Part shown: piece by piece, positions 1 through 10,665 of the stretch
How the letters are laid out: each line of letters starts with the position of its first letter
How positions within the stretch are numbered: position 1 is the first letter of the stretch
From: Octopus bimaculoides
Lineage: Eukaryota
Direction: 5' to 3'
Length of the DNA stretch: 64,000 bases
NCBI RefSeq assembly: GCF_001194135.2
Contig: NC_068982.1
Span: forward strand, 104,908,991 to 104,972,990
The notes under the pieces: model-generated
Told to the model about the DNA's origin: nothing
The model's input: the letters and a program-made list of their open reading frames with translations, nothing else
Databases searched by the model: none
Translations under genes and position numbers: made by a program

Positions 1-167
1 TTCTTTCTATTTAGACGCAAGGTTAGGAATTACACTGAACATACATCACCTTTGTCTTACTAAGAAAGTATAACATTTTCATAGTCTAATCTCACAACCG
101 CCACCCTCAAACCTCAACTGTTTGACAATGGACAGCATAGAAGGCAAAAACAATAAGGTACAGAAAA

Positions 168-305
168 CTAGACAAGAGAGGCAGCTCTTGTGTCAAATGT
201 CAAGACAAACTCCCAAAGGGCTGCAGGACAACTCACCACTGCAACCAGTATTTTGTTAGCCCATAATGCTGAAATGGACTTCTCTTGTGTGTAGTTTGGA
301 GATTG
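168..305 (+). mobile_element. Possible degenerate piggyBac-like transposase C-terminal cysteine-rich fragment
   Basis: Plus frame reads LDKRGSSCVKCQDKLPKGCRTTHHCNQYFVSP*C*NGLLLCVVW. The CxxC...C...LC pattern recalls piggyBac C-terminal CRDs. It has two stops and no catalytic motif or TIR was found. Confidence 0.3.
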
Positions 306-736
306 ATGGACTTCACCAAAGTTGATATGTTGTATCCAGATTACATAAAGATGCTGTTTTTGGTTTGAAAATAATGTTTAGAAATATGTTAAATTGTAAT
401 AGGAAGTATCTTTAATAAAACAGATTTGTTTGAAACAATAATAATACATTAAAAAAAAAAAATTTGATTGCATGAAAAATAATGTATAAACACAGCTTTA
501 CTTTGCTTTAAAATTCCTATGACATAACCAGCTTTTGGAAGAGACAGATGCGAACAGAATTACAATTTTTGTTGCTGTCATATTAAGGCGGTAGTTTATA
601 TAGCAATCTTGTTTATCTGATAAAGATAAAATTTGCAGAAAAATAAAAGTTGGAATGGGTGTTGATTAACAGTTGGAATGCATATAGAAATTTGAATTAG
701 TACACTGTGTAGTCTGTGTTACAATATGGAGGGTAA

Positions 737-764
737 ATATATATATATATATATACATATATAC

Positions 765-810
<46 letters not shown>
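737..810. repeat. (TA)n microsatellite
   Basis: Direct read of the TA run, with two short interruptions. Confidence 0.95.
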
Positions 811-813
<3 letters not shown>

Positions 814-1874
814 CCTTGACTAAGATACTGCTAGGCAAATTACCCAAAAGGGTGACATACTGAAGCATCTTTTAGAAAATACTAGAAAATCAAAACTAAG
901 ACACAAAAAACCCAATTATGTTTATATTATTTCAAGGATTCCTTTGCATTAAAAAGACCTAGATTGATGCCCAATGCAACAGCATAAACACCAAAAAGAA
1001 GTATCTTGTATTAATCAACAGACATCACCCCTTAATTAAATTTTTCAAATTGTTAAATAAAACCTATTTTGTTCCTTACAGAATACCAATTAGTAATGAC
1101 CAAAGAAAATTATGGTCCTGAAATATATAAATGAACTGCCAAATAACTATTTTCAGACTTTAAACTCTTTTGATATTAAATTTTTGTTGAAATACACTGC
1201 CTTTGTTTCAATTAATTTTGAAAATAATGAAATAACTATCTGGTGTTTGGAACATATTTTACATGAAATTTTGATGGTAGGTTTTAATTTAGATCACATT
1301 AAAACAAGGAATTCATTTTCACAGAGCCAGAAGCAATTTCAGGCAGTTAATATCAAAAGACTTAAATAAAGACTTCTCTGTGGTGAAAATCAATTCAATA
1401 AAAAACGCAAGTATACCTAACCATTTGCTTTTAATTTCTCTAAACATGAAATACCATGTACTTACTATTTCAAATGAACAGTTTCCTAAGACCACATTTA
1501 GACAAGCAGAGCAGTAGCCATGCTCTTTTGAAATAAAAATAAAACAAACAAACAAGAGAAACACTGCTATACACTATTTAACTTATTCTAACAGAAATAA
1601 AACTAAAAGCTTCCTTCACACAATTTCAGGTTGGCATATTGGTCTGAATGAGTTCATTGCATTAGAAATTGCTTAAGGAAGAGCTTCCGATAGTAAAATG
1701 TCTGCTTCAAAAAGTCTCAGAAAGACCATTGGATATCAGGAATATAGAAAACCATGACATCACCAAAGTGTTTTAATGCCTTCTTTTCTATGCTGGAATG
1801 AATAGAATGAATCTGAAAAACAGTACCTAGAATAATATCCTCAGACTGGATTCTAAGTTTTCTTTTGTCTATCC

Positions 1875-2195
1875 CAGTGGTTCTTAACTGGGGTTCATAT
1901 AAGATTTTTGGGGTTCCACACAACAAAATAATAAATTGGGGATCTACAATATTATTTTAAGGGCCACTGAAAAAAACTTTTACTCTCGGTGTATGTATTG
2001 GTATGTATTGCAAGAAACAGCTAGGTTTCTTTCTATAACATTTTACATATTTCAACCTACACAAATTATTGTGTGAAAAAATAAAATAGGAATTTTGAAA
2101 GAAGCTTCTATAAAACTAGTATTTAAACATCAAATGGCTCTGGGGGTCCACCAGAATAAAATAGTAATCAAAGGGGTCCATAGGTAAAAAATGAT
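1875..2195 (+). mobile_element. hAT (Charlie-like) MITE, 3' TIR not found
   Basis: Starts CAGTGGTTCTTAACTGGGG, resembling Charlie-type 5' TIRs (CAGTGGTTCTCAAC). It has internal GGGGTCC(A) motifs, but no matching right TIR is visible. Confidence 0.45.
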
Positions 2196-2264
2196 CCCTT
2201 GACGATAGCTAACATCTATCACCCACTCACGGCAGTTTTATTTTCTCGTACATTTTCTCACATA

Positions 2265-2658
2265 GAGGCACAGGCATGCGTGTGTAGTTAAGATGTTTGC
2301 TTATCAACCACACAGCTTTGGGTTCAGTCACCCTGTGTGGCACCTCAGGTGAGTGTCTCCTATAGCTCTTGGTCAACCAAAGCCTTATGAGTGGATTTGG
2401 TAGATGGACATTGAAAGAAGTCCACTATGTGTGTGTGAGTGCAAGTGTCTCCTTGTCTTGATGTCATGTGATTGTTGTAAATAATGTTATGAATATGAAA
2501 AGATGTTTAGCCAAGGGGAAATACTACCTTGAATGGAATATTTCCAATGGTTGGTAACAGGAAGAGCATCCAGCCATAGAAATCTGCTTCAGCAAACTCC
2601 ATCCAACTCATGCAAATATGAAAATGTGGACATTAAAATAATGATGATGATGATGATG
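2265..2658 (+). mobile_element. tRNA-derived SINE (family A head and core) with body variant 2 and RTE-like (ATG)n tail
   Basis: The head (AGGCACAGG...GGGTTCAGTC...GGCACC) and core (CAAAGCCTTATGAGTGGATTTGGTAGATGG) are shared with many copies here. They are followed by GTGTCTCCTTGTCTTGA... and end in GCATCCAGCC...TGTGGACATTAAAATAATGATGATG. Confidence 0.8.
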
Positions 2659-2724
2659 CTTATCTCTTTAATAAACCACATTCAACAAATTCTCTGCCTT
2701 CATTATTCACGTTATTTGCCGGTG

Positions 2725-2900
2725 CTGGTGCCAAGTAAGAAGCACTCAGTCCACTTGGTAAAGTGGTTGGTGTTAGGAAGGACATCCAGCTGTAAAAACC
2801 CTGCTGAAACAGACAGTGAAGCCTGGTGCAGTCTTCTGCCTAACCAGTTACTATCAAATCGTCCAGCTCATGCCAACATGGAAAAAAGGATGGATGATGA
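2725..2900 (+). mobile_element. RTE LINE 3' tail fragment
   Basis: GGTTGGTGTTAGGAAGGACATCCAGCTGTAAAA...CCAGCTCATGCCAACATGGAAAA...GATGATGAT matches the 3' tail of the RTE copy at 27866-28890. Confidence 0.75.
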
Positions 2901-3949
2901 TAATGATTCTACCATACATTAGTCCAGGCTATGAAGAGTAAAACCTCTCTTCGGATTCCCACCAATGGAAATGGCAATTTTTAAAACCTAACTCTAGGTC
3001 TCATAATCTATTTCCAACCCTTAGTATGGTTCTTGGATAGCAGAACATCCAAACTATTTTCCTACCAAAGCTATTATCCAAGAAGTACATGGTTTCAGTT
3101 CATAATTTCCCTTGCTATTAGATACTCTAATGCATTTGGTGCAACTAGAGTTATAGTTTCTTATCTGTCAGCTAGAAATCCCATGATACTAACAAAAATA
3201 AATATAGATAAAACAAAACAAAAAACAATAAAATTCTCCCAATTTTGTAGAAGATTTTGCAATAAAATCATTATTTTTACTTAGAAAAACAATTTCTTTT
3301 ATAAAGATTTGATAGTTCTACTGAGATAAGTTTCTGTAAAAATAATTACACTCTGCTGAAACCTGAAGCCATTAAATAATAATGGAAATTGAGAATTTAT
3401 AAATATTAATAGAGCTTTTTAGTTTCTTCAGAAATCTTCCATAATATTAAATTGCTGATAGCATAGATGGTTACACACATACACTGTACTATTGTGTGAG
3501 TGTGTGTGTATTTTAGCATTATTTGTCTGTATATTTCTCCTAAGTTGTTCTTCATAGCTATCACATTGCTTGTGTTTCAGCCTATCTAAAATTCTAAAAC
3601 CACAAGAGGATTATGGAAGCTAGTTTTCAGCAGAAGTACCAAAAAAAACCATAGTGGCTAAGGAGTTAACTGAGGTCAAACTCTACCTAGTAAGGGTGTA
3701 GTTGGTACATCAAGCTTGTGGGTGCTAATTAAATCTGAATGTAATAGCTTTGGAATAATAATGTAATAATTTGTAATAGCTTTGGAATAACAACAACAAC
3801 AACAACAACTATCATCATCATCATCGTCGCCGTTGTGTAATGTCCACTTTCCATGCTGGCATGGGTTGGACGGTTTGACTGAGGACTGGTGAGCAAAATC
3901 AACCCTGGTACATTTGAACTCAGAATGTAGAGAGAGACGAAATGCTGCT

Positions 3950-4630
3950 AAACAGCATGAAATTTGGGGAAGGGGGATAGTCAATTACATCGACCCCAGT
4001 GTGTAACTGGTACTTAGTTTATCAATCCCGAAAGGATGAAAGACAAAGTCAACCTCGGCAGAATTTGAACTCAGAACGTAGTGATGGGCGAAATACTGCT
4101 AAACATTTTGTCCAGCACGCTAACGATTCTGCTAGCTCACCGCCTTAATAATAACAATAATGGTTTCAAATTTTAGTACAAGGACAGCAAATTTAGGGGA
4201 AGGTGCTAGTTGATAACATCAACCCCGGTGCACAACTGGTACTTATTTTATTGACCCCAAAAGGATGAAAGGGAAATTTGAACTCAGAACGTAAAAACAG
4301 ACAAAATGCCATCAAGTATTTTGTCTGGTATGCAAATGATTCTGCCAGCTCACTGCCTTCTTCTTACTACTACTACTAAAACCATCACCACCACCACCAC
4401 CACTACTAACAATAATAATAAGAATCCTTTCTACTCTAGGCACAAGGTATGAAATTTTGGGGAAGGGGATTGGTTGATTATGTTGACTCTTGTGCTCAAC
4501 TGGTACTTATTTTATTGACCCCCAAAAGGATGGAAGATAAAATTGACCTTGGTAGCATTTGAACTCAGAACATGAAACCAGAAAAAAATGCCACTAAACA
4601 TTTTGTCCTTTGGAGTAAATGACTCTGTCA
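3950..4630 (-). mobile_element. Three head-to-tail copies of tRNA-derived SINE family B
   Basis: The unit ...GATTACATCGACCCCAGTGTGTAACTGGTACTT..TTTATC.ACCCCGAAAGGATGAAAG.CAAAGTC.ACCTCGGC.GAATTTGAACTCAGAACGTA... recurs at about 3950, 4170 and 4420, separated by (TAA)n/(TAC)n/(CAC)n. Confidence 0.85.
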
Positions 4631-6126
4631 GAATGCTACTGTAATAATAATGATGGTTTCTTTATTTGCCACAAGGGTAAAATATGAAGAGACAATACAA
4701 GAACAATTACAAAAATGGTGGTGGTTTTGGGGTTAACACAGAACTTAATATGAAATAATGGGTATGGGAAACAAGTGTATAAAAGGAATTGGAATATACC
4801 AATAGTACAACAGCCACCTGGGGACTGTCAGGGAATCCTGCAAATTCTGGAACTACATGTAGTCAAGGCATAAACTCAGAAAGTACAATAATGATGATGA
4901 TGATTCCTAATACTGGCACAAGTCCACATATACTGGGAGATAACTGTAGCTAATTAAATCCACCCCAGTATTTTGGTTGAGATTTATTTTATTAGCCCCC
5001 AACCCAACTGGAGATAACATGCAAAGAAAGCCATACAATTTCTTTTCAACAGGCACAATGCCAACTTTATGAGAGAATAGATATAGCTGATTGACTAAAC
5101 ACCAATATACTAGGGATTCAAACAAAAACCCCTAGGGCAAAAACCTGTTCTGGACTATGTGAATGAGAGGAAGACCATGGAGGAATTTCTGAATGGTATA
5201 AGGTACAGCATCATGAATTGTAAATGAACCTCAATACTTAATGAAGTTTTCAATATTGTGTTTGTTTTAATTTGCATAGACACAGTGTGATGTTCTTTTT
5301 ATTATGTACATTTTTGTGATTGGGATTATTAGATAATTAATGTAATATTTGACAACATAGAGAAATGTTCATAAACTATAAGTAAGAATAAAAATTATGA
5401 TTTAAAAATTGCTTGTCTTTTTTTTGTTTGTTTTGGTTCTAGAGGGTTTTCATCCTCAGGGTGTTTTGATTTATACTCTATTTCTTATTGGTTGAGACTG
5501 TCCCCACCATCATCATACATTGTAGGATGAAAGACAAGGTCAATCCGGACAGGACTGAACACAATTACAAAACAGTTCTGTTTTGCCACACCATTGCTCT
5601 ATATATTCCTATGTAGCCTGAGAAAGTACTGCAATCAAAACTTAAAATAGGAGACTGATAGAGTAACGAATAAGTAGACATCTGAGTATTTATCGTCTCT
5701 TTTACTGAGAATAAAAGATGTAGGAGTTAAGCCACTGATAGACATATAAGAGAAAGAGTAAATGCTTCAACAGTAGCTAGTACAGGAGGCGTAGTTGGTT
5801 AGTAAATAAAAATAATAAGGATGATTTCTTACATTGGCAGAAAGTCACAAACCTTTTGAGTTAGGTGTTGTTGATTGATTAAATTAATCCCGGCAATAAT
5901 TTATTAGCTTGGTACTTATTTTATGAGCCTTGGAGAGATTAAAAGTGAAGTTGATCAGGGTAGGTATTGCAATCAAGTCAGAAAAGCATTTTGTCATTCT
6001 ATTACTGACCTCTGTCTTAGATTTTTAATAAAAATGATAATTTCTGCTTTTCAAAATCTTCAAAAGACAGGGGTAAATAGAATTTGAGATTTGGTGCATT
6101 GCTGCCATTTTTAATAGACAAGGGAT

Positions 6127-6365
6127 GGAAAATAACATTTGTACAATGTGGAAAATAACATTTGAACAATGTGGAAAATAACATTTGAACAATGTGGAAA
6201 ATAACATTTATACAATGTGGAAAATATCATTTGTACAATGTTGGAAAATAGCATTTGTACAAATGTGGAAAATAACACTGGTATAATGTGGAGAGTATTA
6301 TTTGTTCAGTGTTGAAAATAACCTTTGTACAATGTTGGAAAATATAATTTATGCACTGTGAAAAA
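6127..6365 (+). repeat. 23-bp minisatellite, about 10 copies (GGAAAATAACATTTGTACAATGT)
   Basis: Unit starts at 6127, 6150 and 6173 give a 23-bp period. Copies decay toward the right. Confidence 0.9.
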
Positions 6366-6389
6366 CATTCCATCAACACTATCCAAAAG

Positions 6390-6780
6390 AAACTGGTATT
6401 AAGTTCACATATCACCCACAGCTTGGGCCTCTAAAGACACAGGCCCCTACAAAAATTGAGTTTACATTATGTAACATGGTGACATGATGTAAGATCACTA
6501 TTGTTTGTGCCTTATTCAACATTATTCTGAAAGACATCAAAGACCTCATAACATTACATCAGTACTTGGACATATTCCTCCAAGAAATACCAGACAAACC
6601 ACCACTACCTAAATACATTTCGATAAACAACAACTCTCTGTGCGAGTTGGTTAGGATGTCCCAAAATGAGACATAAAAAGACTATTGCAGGTGGTGATAT
6701 TAGGCCAGACATGACCTGGACCAATCAATAATGGCTAAAATCTAAATTACACATAAATTATGCATATATGAATTTCTAGT
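6390..6780 (+). mobile_element. CR1/L2-group LINE ORF2 C-terminal relic
   Basis: 6512-6676 reads LFNIILKDIKDLITLHQYLDIFLQEIPDKPPLPKYISINNNSLCELVRMSQNET*. This resembles the LFN.LP...LD.FL..IPD.P...Y....NSL end of CR1-group RTs. Confidence 0.6.
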
Positions 6781-6849
6781 ATGATTCCTTCCCACTCCAG
6801 TCTAAGATGATACCTATTTCTAAGAGTGAGATGACACTACACAAGTTAC

Positions 6850-7450
6850 ATGAGCCTCTCCAGGGTTGCTCAACCTGGTAGTAACAGCAGGCAAAGCTTC
6901 CTCAAATCACATGTCCTATCATCTTTTAAAAAGGAAAAGAACATGCTGGACAGTTTAACATCTGAAATAAAAGACAGGGTTTGTCGTAGCTGGGATACCT
7001 TTGATTGTATGTTGCTTGATTAGGGCTGATTGTTGTTGTTGGCACTCCGTCGCTTACGACGTCGAGAGTTCCAGTTGATCCGATCAACGGAACAGCCTGC
7101 TCGTGAAATTAACGTGCAGGTGGCTGAGCACTCCACAGACATGTGTACCCATAACGTAGTTCTCGGGGATATTCAGCGTGACACAGAGTGTGACAAGGCT
7201 GACCCTTTGAATTACAGGCACAACAGAAACAGGAAGTAAGAATGAGAGAAAGTTGTGGTGAAAGAGTACAGCAGGGTTCGCCACCATCCCCTGCTGGAGC
7301 CTCGTGGAACTTTAGGTGTTTTTCGCTCAATAAACACTCACAACGCCTGGACTGGGAATCGAAACCGGATCCTATGACCGCAAGACCGCTGCCCTAACCA
7401 CTGGGCCATTGCGCCTCTACTAGGGCTGATTAAGGACTAAACAACAACAT
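6850..7450 (+). repeat. About 200-bp interspersed repeat with (CAA)n end, split by a younger SINE
   Basis: GAGCCTC...CTGGTAGTAACAGCAG...CCTCAAATCAC...CCTTTGAT...GATTAGGGCTGAT|...GGACTAAACAACAAC. Related copies are at about 8235-8430(-), 30385-30595, 56020-56400 and 61420-61620(-). Confidence 0.65.
7032..7420 (-). mobile_element. Young full-length tRNA-derived SINE family C (resembles octopus OK-type SINE)
   Basis: The minus strand starts AGGCGCAATGGCCCAGTGGTTAGGGCAG (A box), has GGTTTCGATTCCC (B box) and ends in an (AAC)n tail. It has an 11-bp TSD TAGGGCTGATT at 7021-7031 and 7421-7431, and CpGs are largely intact. The family name is from memory. Confidence 0.9.
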
Positions 7451-8749
7451 TGATTAACATGTTTGCTAAAATGGACACCACAGTGGCAGATTTGACCTAA
7501 AATAAAATAAGAGATTACCATCATGAATTAGTTGTAGTTTCTGGTATCCATAAGTAAACCAGAAACTTTAACAGACAAGTAGTAAACAGAATGGTTTCCT
7601 GCTGCTTAAAGAGCAGCTGCTTGCTAAAGCCAGTCTTGCCATTGATAAAAAAAAATGCAAATATGTCTAACAGAAACCTGTGGAGTAACTTCTTACCAAG
7701 GCCATTTCTTACTCATTGATAAGTTAAGTGATAACAGCACCACCCAAACCTGCATTTCTGGGGGTTGATAATATGGGGGAATAACAGATAGAGATGAGAG
7801 GAGTGACTAATATACATACACACACACACACACACTGAATCTGCAGAAGTGAACAAATAGAGTGACTTGTTGAACTAAAAGTAGATATAGTAAATATAAT
7901 TTATCTCAAATTTGTCCTTTTCTTTGGTGAACCTAATCTGACCCCTACTGGGAAGTTTTTTTTTTTTTTGTCTAACAAGGACTTAATTTTTTCATTCTTT
8001 TTTTTTTTTTTGTTTATATTGTTCCGATGGCAAGATGTTTAATGTTAAGCACAGGAAGTGACTTCATATAAAAGAGACATAGAGGTGTACACACCCAGAT
8101 ACATTCCACACAAATACATACAAGTAAACATGAAATACAAATAACACTCGCAAAACTACAAATAAAAATATCTGTTTCTTAGCATTCATGTGATGGATAT
8201 GTATTATTTTGAGAACTGTAGATTCATTATATAGTAGTTGTTTAGCTCCAGTTAACTATTACAAAGTAAAGCTATGATTAGAGGTATTCTAGCTGTGAGC
8301 ATACAGTATTTTTAGTTTGTATTGGATTACATTATCCAATGTGTCCTTTTTTAAGATGAAAGAGTGTGAGTAGAGGATGATTTAGTCACTATTTCTAGCA
8401 GGTCGAGTGGCAACATTGAGTTTCCATCTGTGACTTGTATATATAAGTAGCAATAGCAGGTGTTGCTTGTGTTCATATCTTATATATATATAAATAAATT
8501 ACGATTAAAAATCATTCTAAGTTTCTTTCCACCCCTAATCTGATTTTCTTTATGACTGATCATGATCATACGAAAGATCTGTGTCTCGTGATGATGCCAA
8601 GAAATAAACAAAAAAACAAAAAAAAAATGGTACATTGAAGAACACTGAGTTGAAAACTGAGGAAAATTTACATTATCAATCTAATTTGGAATGTAAATAA
8701 CACGTGGAAGAGGAAAACAGTAGTGTGAAAAATAATTAACATCTGCATG

Positions 8750-8796
<47 letters not shown>

Positions 8797-8879
8797 CATC
8801 ATCATCGTTTAACGTCCGCTTTCCATGCTAGCATGGGTTGGACGATTTGACTGAGGACTGGTGAAACCGGATGGCAACA

Positions 8880-9071
8880 CCTGATTGACCGTTGACTGAA
8901 CACTATTCAATTTTTTTTCTCCGTGTTTTTCTCCTTGTCTCCGTATTCTTTCTGTTGAAGAGCGTAGCTCGAAACGTCAAAGACTTTCCGTATTCCCGAA
9001 CGTCATACTAATATATACTTTTGTTATTTACACCACCTGTCCTCGTCTGTTGTTATTATTTGTATATTCTC

Positions 9072-9075
<4 letters not shown>
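8880..9075 (+). mobile_element. Penelope-like element terminal (pseudo-LTR) fragment
   Basis: CpG-rich segment containing CTGTTGAAGAGCGTAGCTCGAAACGTC, a motif typical of PLE termini, followed directly by (TA)n. Confidence 0.6.
8947..8983 (+). ncRNA. Minimal type I hammerhead ribozyme fold with variant core (CUGUUGA)
   Basis: TCTTT(8947-51) CTGTTGA A GAGC-GTA-GCTC GAAAC GTC^ AAAGA(8979-83). Stem I (TCTTT/AAAGA), stem II (GAGC/GCTC), GAAAC and a GUC cleavage triplet occur in the order seen in PLE minimal hammerheads. The core has U in place of the conserved A6. Confidence 0.6.
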
Positions 9076-9106
<31 letters not shown>

Positions 9107-9171
9107 TACTATGAATGAAACTCTTGGTTCTTAAGTCACTAACTTTTACTGATTATATATGTGTATATGTA

Positions 9172-9445
9172 TCATCATCATCATTTAATGTCCATTGTCC
9201 ATGCTGGCATGGGTTAGACGGTTTGACCAGGGCTGGTAAGCTGGAAGGCTGTACCAGACTCCAGTCTGATTTAGCATGGTTTCTGTGGCTGGCTGCCCTT
9301 CCTAACACTAACCACTCCAAGAGTGTAATTGCCACTGGTATGGGTACCATTTGCATGAAACCAATATCTGCTATGACTATGGTTTTACTTGGCTTGATGG
9401 GTCTTCTCAAGCATGGCATAATGCCAAAGGTCTCGGTCATTCGTA
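9172..9445 (-). mobile_element. RTE LINE 3' end (last ORF2 codons plus 3' UTR)
   Basis: The minus strand reads NDRDLWHYAMLEKT and then the shared tail ending ...GGACATTAAATGATGATGATG. Confidence 0.8.
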
Positions 9446-9450
9446 TATAT

Positions 9451-9791
9451 AAATCCAAATAGAGGGAGTGGAGCAGGTCAGATCCTTTAATGTTATAATT
9501 TATTCAATGAGGGGTACTCAGCTAGTTACTCATTAGGCCAAAGATATCTTAATTACATCAAGATTACATTGCCATTAAGAAATCCAAAGATATAATTTCA
9601 AATTATATCTTCGGTAAGTTAACTTGGGATTCCTTAATGACAATGTAACTTTCATATAATTAAGATATCTTTGGCCTAATGAGTAGCTAGCTGAGTACCT
9701 GCACCATTAAGTAATTATTACATCAGAGATTCTGCTAGAAAAGAAACATGTAGCCTGGATTTTACCTGCTCTACTCCCTCAATTTGGATTT
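9451..9791. repeat. 341-bp foldback (nested inverted-repeat) element
   Basis: Outer arms AAATCCAAAT(A/T)GAGGGAGT(G/A)GAGCAGGT..ATCC are 35 bp with 4 mismatches. The inner arm GGTACTCAGCTAG(T/C)TACTCATTAGGCCAAAGATATCTTAATTA is 43 bp with 1 mismatch. There is a further arm and a central AGATATAATTTCAAATTATATCT hairpin. Confidence 0.9.
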
Positions 9792-10016
9792 TTGCTCACA
9801 TCCATAGCAACTCAAATTGCTAATCATGAGCTATAAAAGAATTTTTTCAGCTTATCAAACTCTGATATGGGAAAAGCCTACAAGCTTTGACACAATCAAA
9901 TTATTGTTGTTCCTGAATGTTGTTTTCTATATCTACCATGGATGGCTTGAAGCTTACAAACTTCCAACACTTAGATCCTTGGATCTTATAATGACACACA
10001 CACACACATATATATA

Positions 10017-10143
10017 CAGGGTGTCCACAAAGTCTGGGTACATGGAGTAAATAAAAGCATAACATAAACAATTAAATATAAGAAATAATAATTTCTTAAA
10101 GTATGCGTTAATCCTCATGTACCCAGACTTTGTGGACACCCTG
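10017..10143. mobile_element. 127-bp Tc1/mariner-superfamily MITE
   Basis: Perfect 28-bp TIRs CAGGGTGTCCACAAAGTCTGGGTACATG, flanked by TA at 10015-16 and 10144-45. Confidence 0.95.
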
Positions 10144-10154
10144 TATATATAAAT

Positions 10155-10320
10155 AAAGAAGAGCTGATCACTGAAAGTGGATGGTACCTGCAGAAGAGGG
10201 AGACCCAGGAAGACATGGGATGAAGTGGTAAGGACCAATTTCAGGATGTAGGGCCTCATGGAGGAAATAACAATGGACCAAGATGTCTGGCGATATGAGG
10301 TTCTTGAGAAGACCTGGCTA
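10155..10320 (+). mobile_element. RTE LINE ORF2 C-terminal fragment
   Basis: Reads KVDGTCRRGRPRKTWDEVVRTNFRM*GLMEEITMDQDVWRYEVLEKT, with the RGRP...W motif typical of RTE C-termini. Confidence 0.8.
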
Positions 10321-10349
10321 CGTCAGCGAAACTTGAGTTCTAGAAGCGC

Positions 10350-10665
10350 TGTGTCCCACCCACATTTAACAAGAAAACTTCTCACACACCCTCCCACAAC
10401 AAACCAAACTACATCTCTTTACTTCTTCACATTTCCACGTCATGCACTATGCTTACTTCCCACTCCCCAATCCTGTCTTCTTGGACCCCTCTCACTATAT
10501 CATTGCTATCTGTCACTCCCCCCCACTTCTGTGTTCCACCCATACATAACAAGAAAACTTTTCACACACCCTATCCCAACAAACCAATCTACATCTCTTC
10601 CTGACATTTCCTCCTTCATGTAATATGCCTACCTCTCACTCCCCAATCCTGTCTTCACGGGGGGG
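10350..10665 (+). repeat. Pyrimidine-rich tandem duplication, 180-bp period
   Basis: AAGAAAACTT...CACACACCC...CAACAAACCAA..TACATCTC...CACTCCCCAATCCTGTCTTC occurs twice, with anchors at 10371 and 10551. Confidence 0.8.

Noticed and set aside
237-353. Minus-strand 117-nt open segment with GTGAGT donor (HLYVIW...ANKILVAV)
   Set aside because: The acceptor is A-rich, and the region is better explained as antisense of a transposase relic.
1112-1930. ORFs at 1112-1369, 1319-1564 and 1717-1926
   Set aside because: They are short, compositionally typical of AT-rich DNA, and have no recognisable motif or consistent splice sites.
6127-6365. 23-bp array (and the 30-bp array at 58201-58380) as CRISPR
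   Set aside because: The units are contiguous with no unique spacers, there are no cas genes, and the context is eukaryotic.
7340-7420. tRNA genes at A/B-box-containing sequences
   Set aside because: All continue into SINE bodies and lack a complete cloverleaf, so they are SINE heads.
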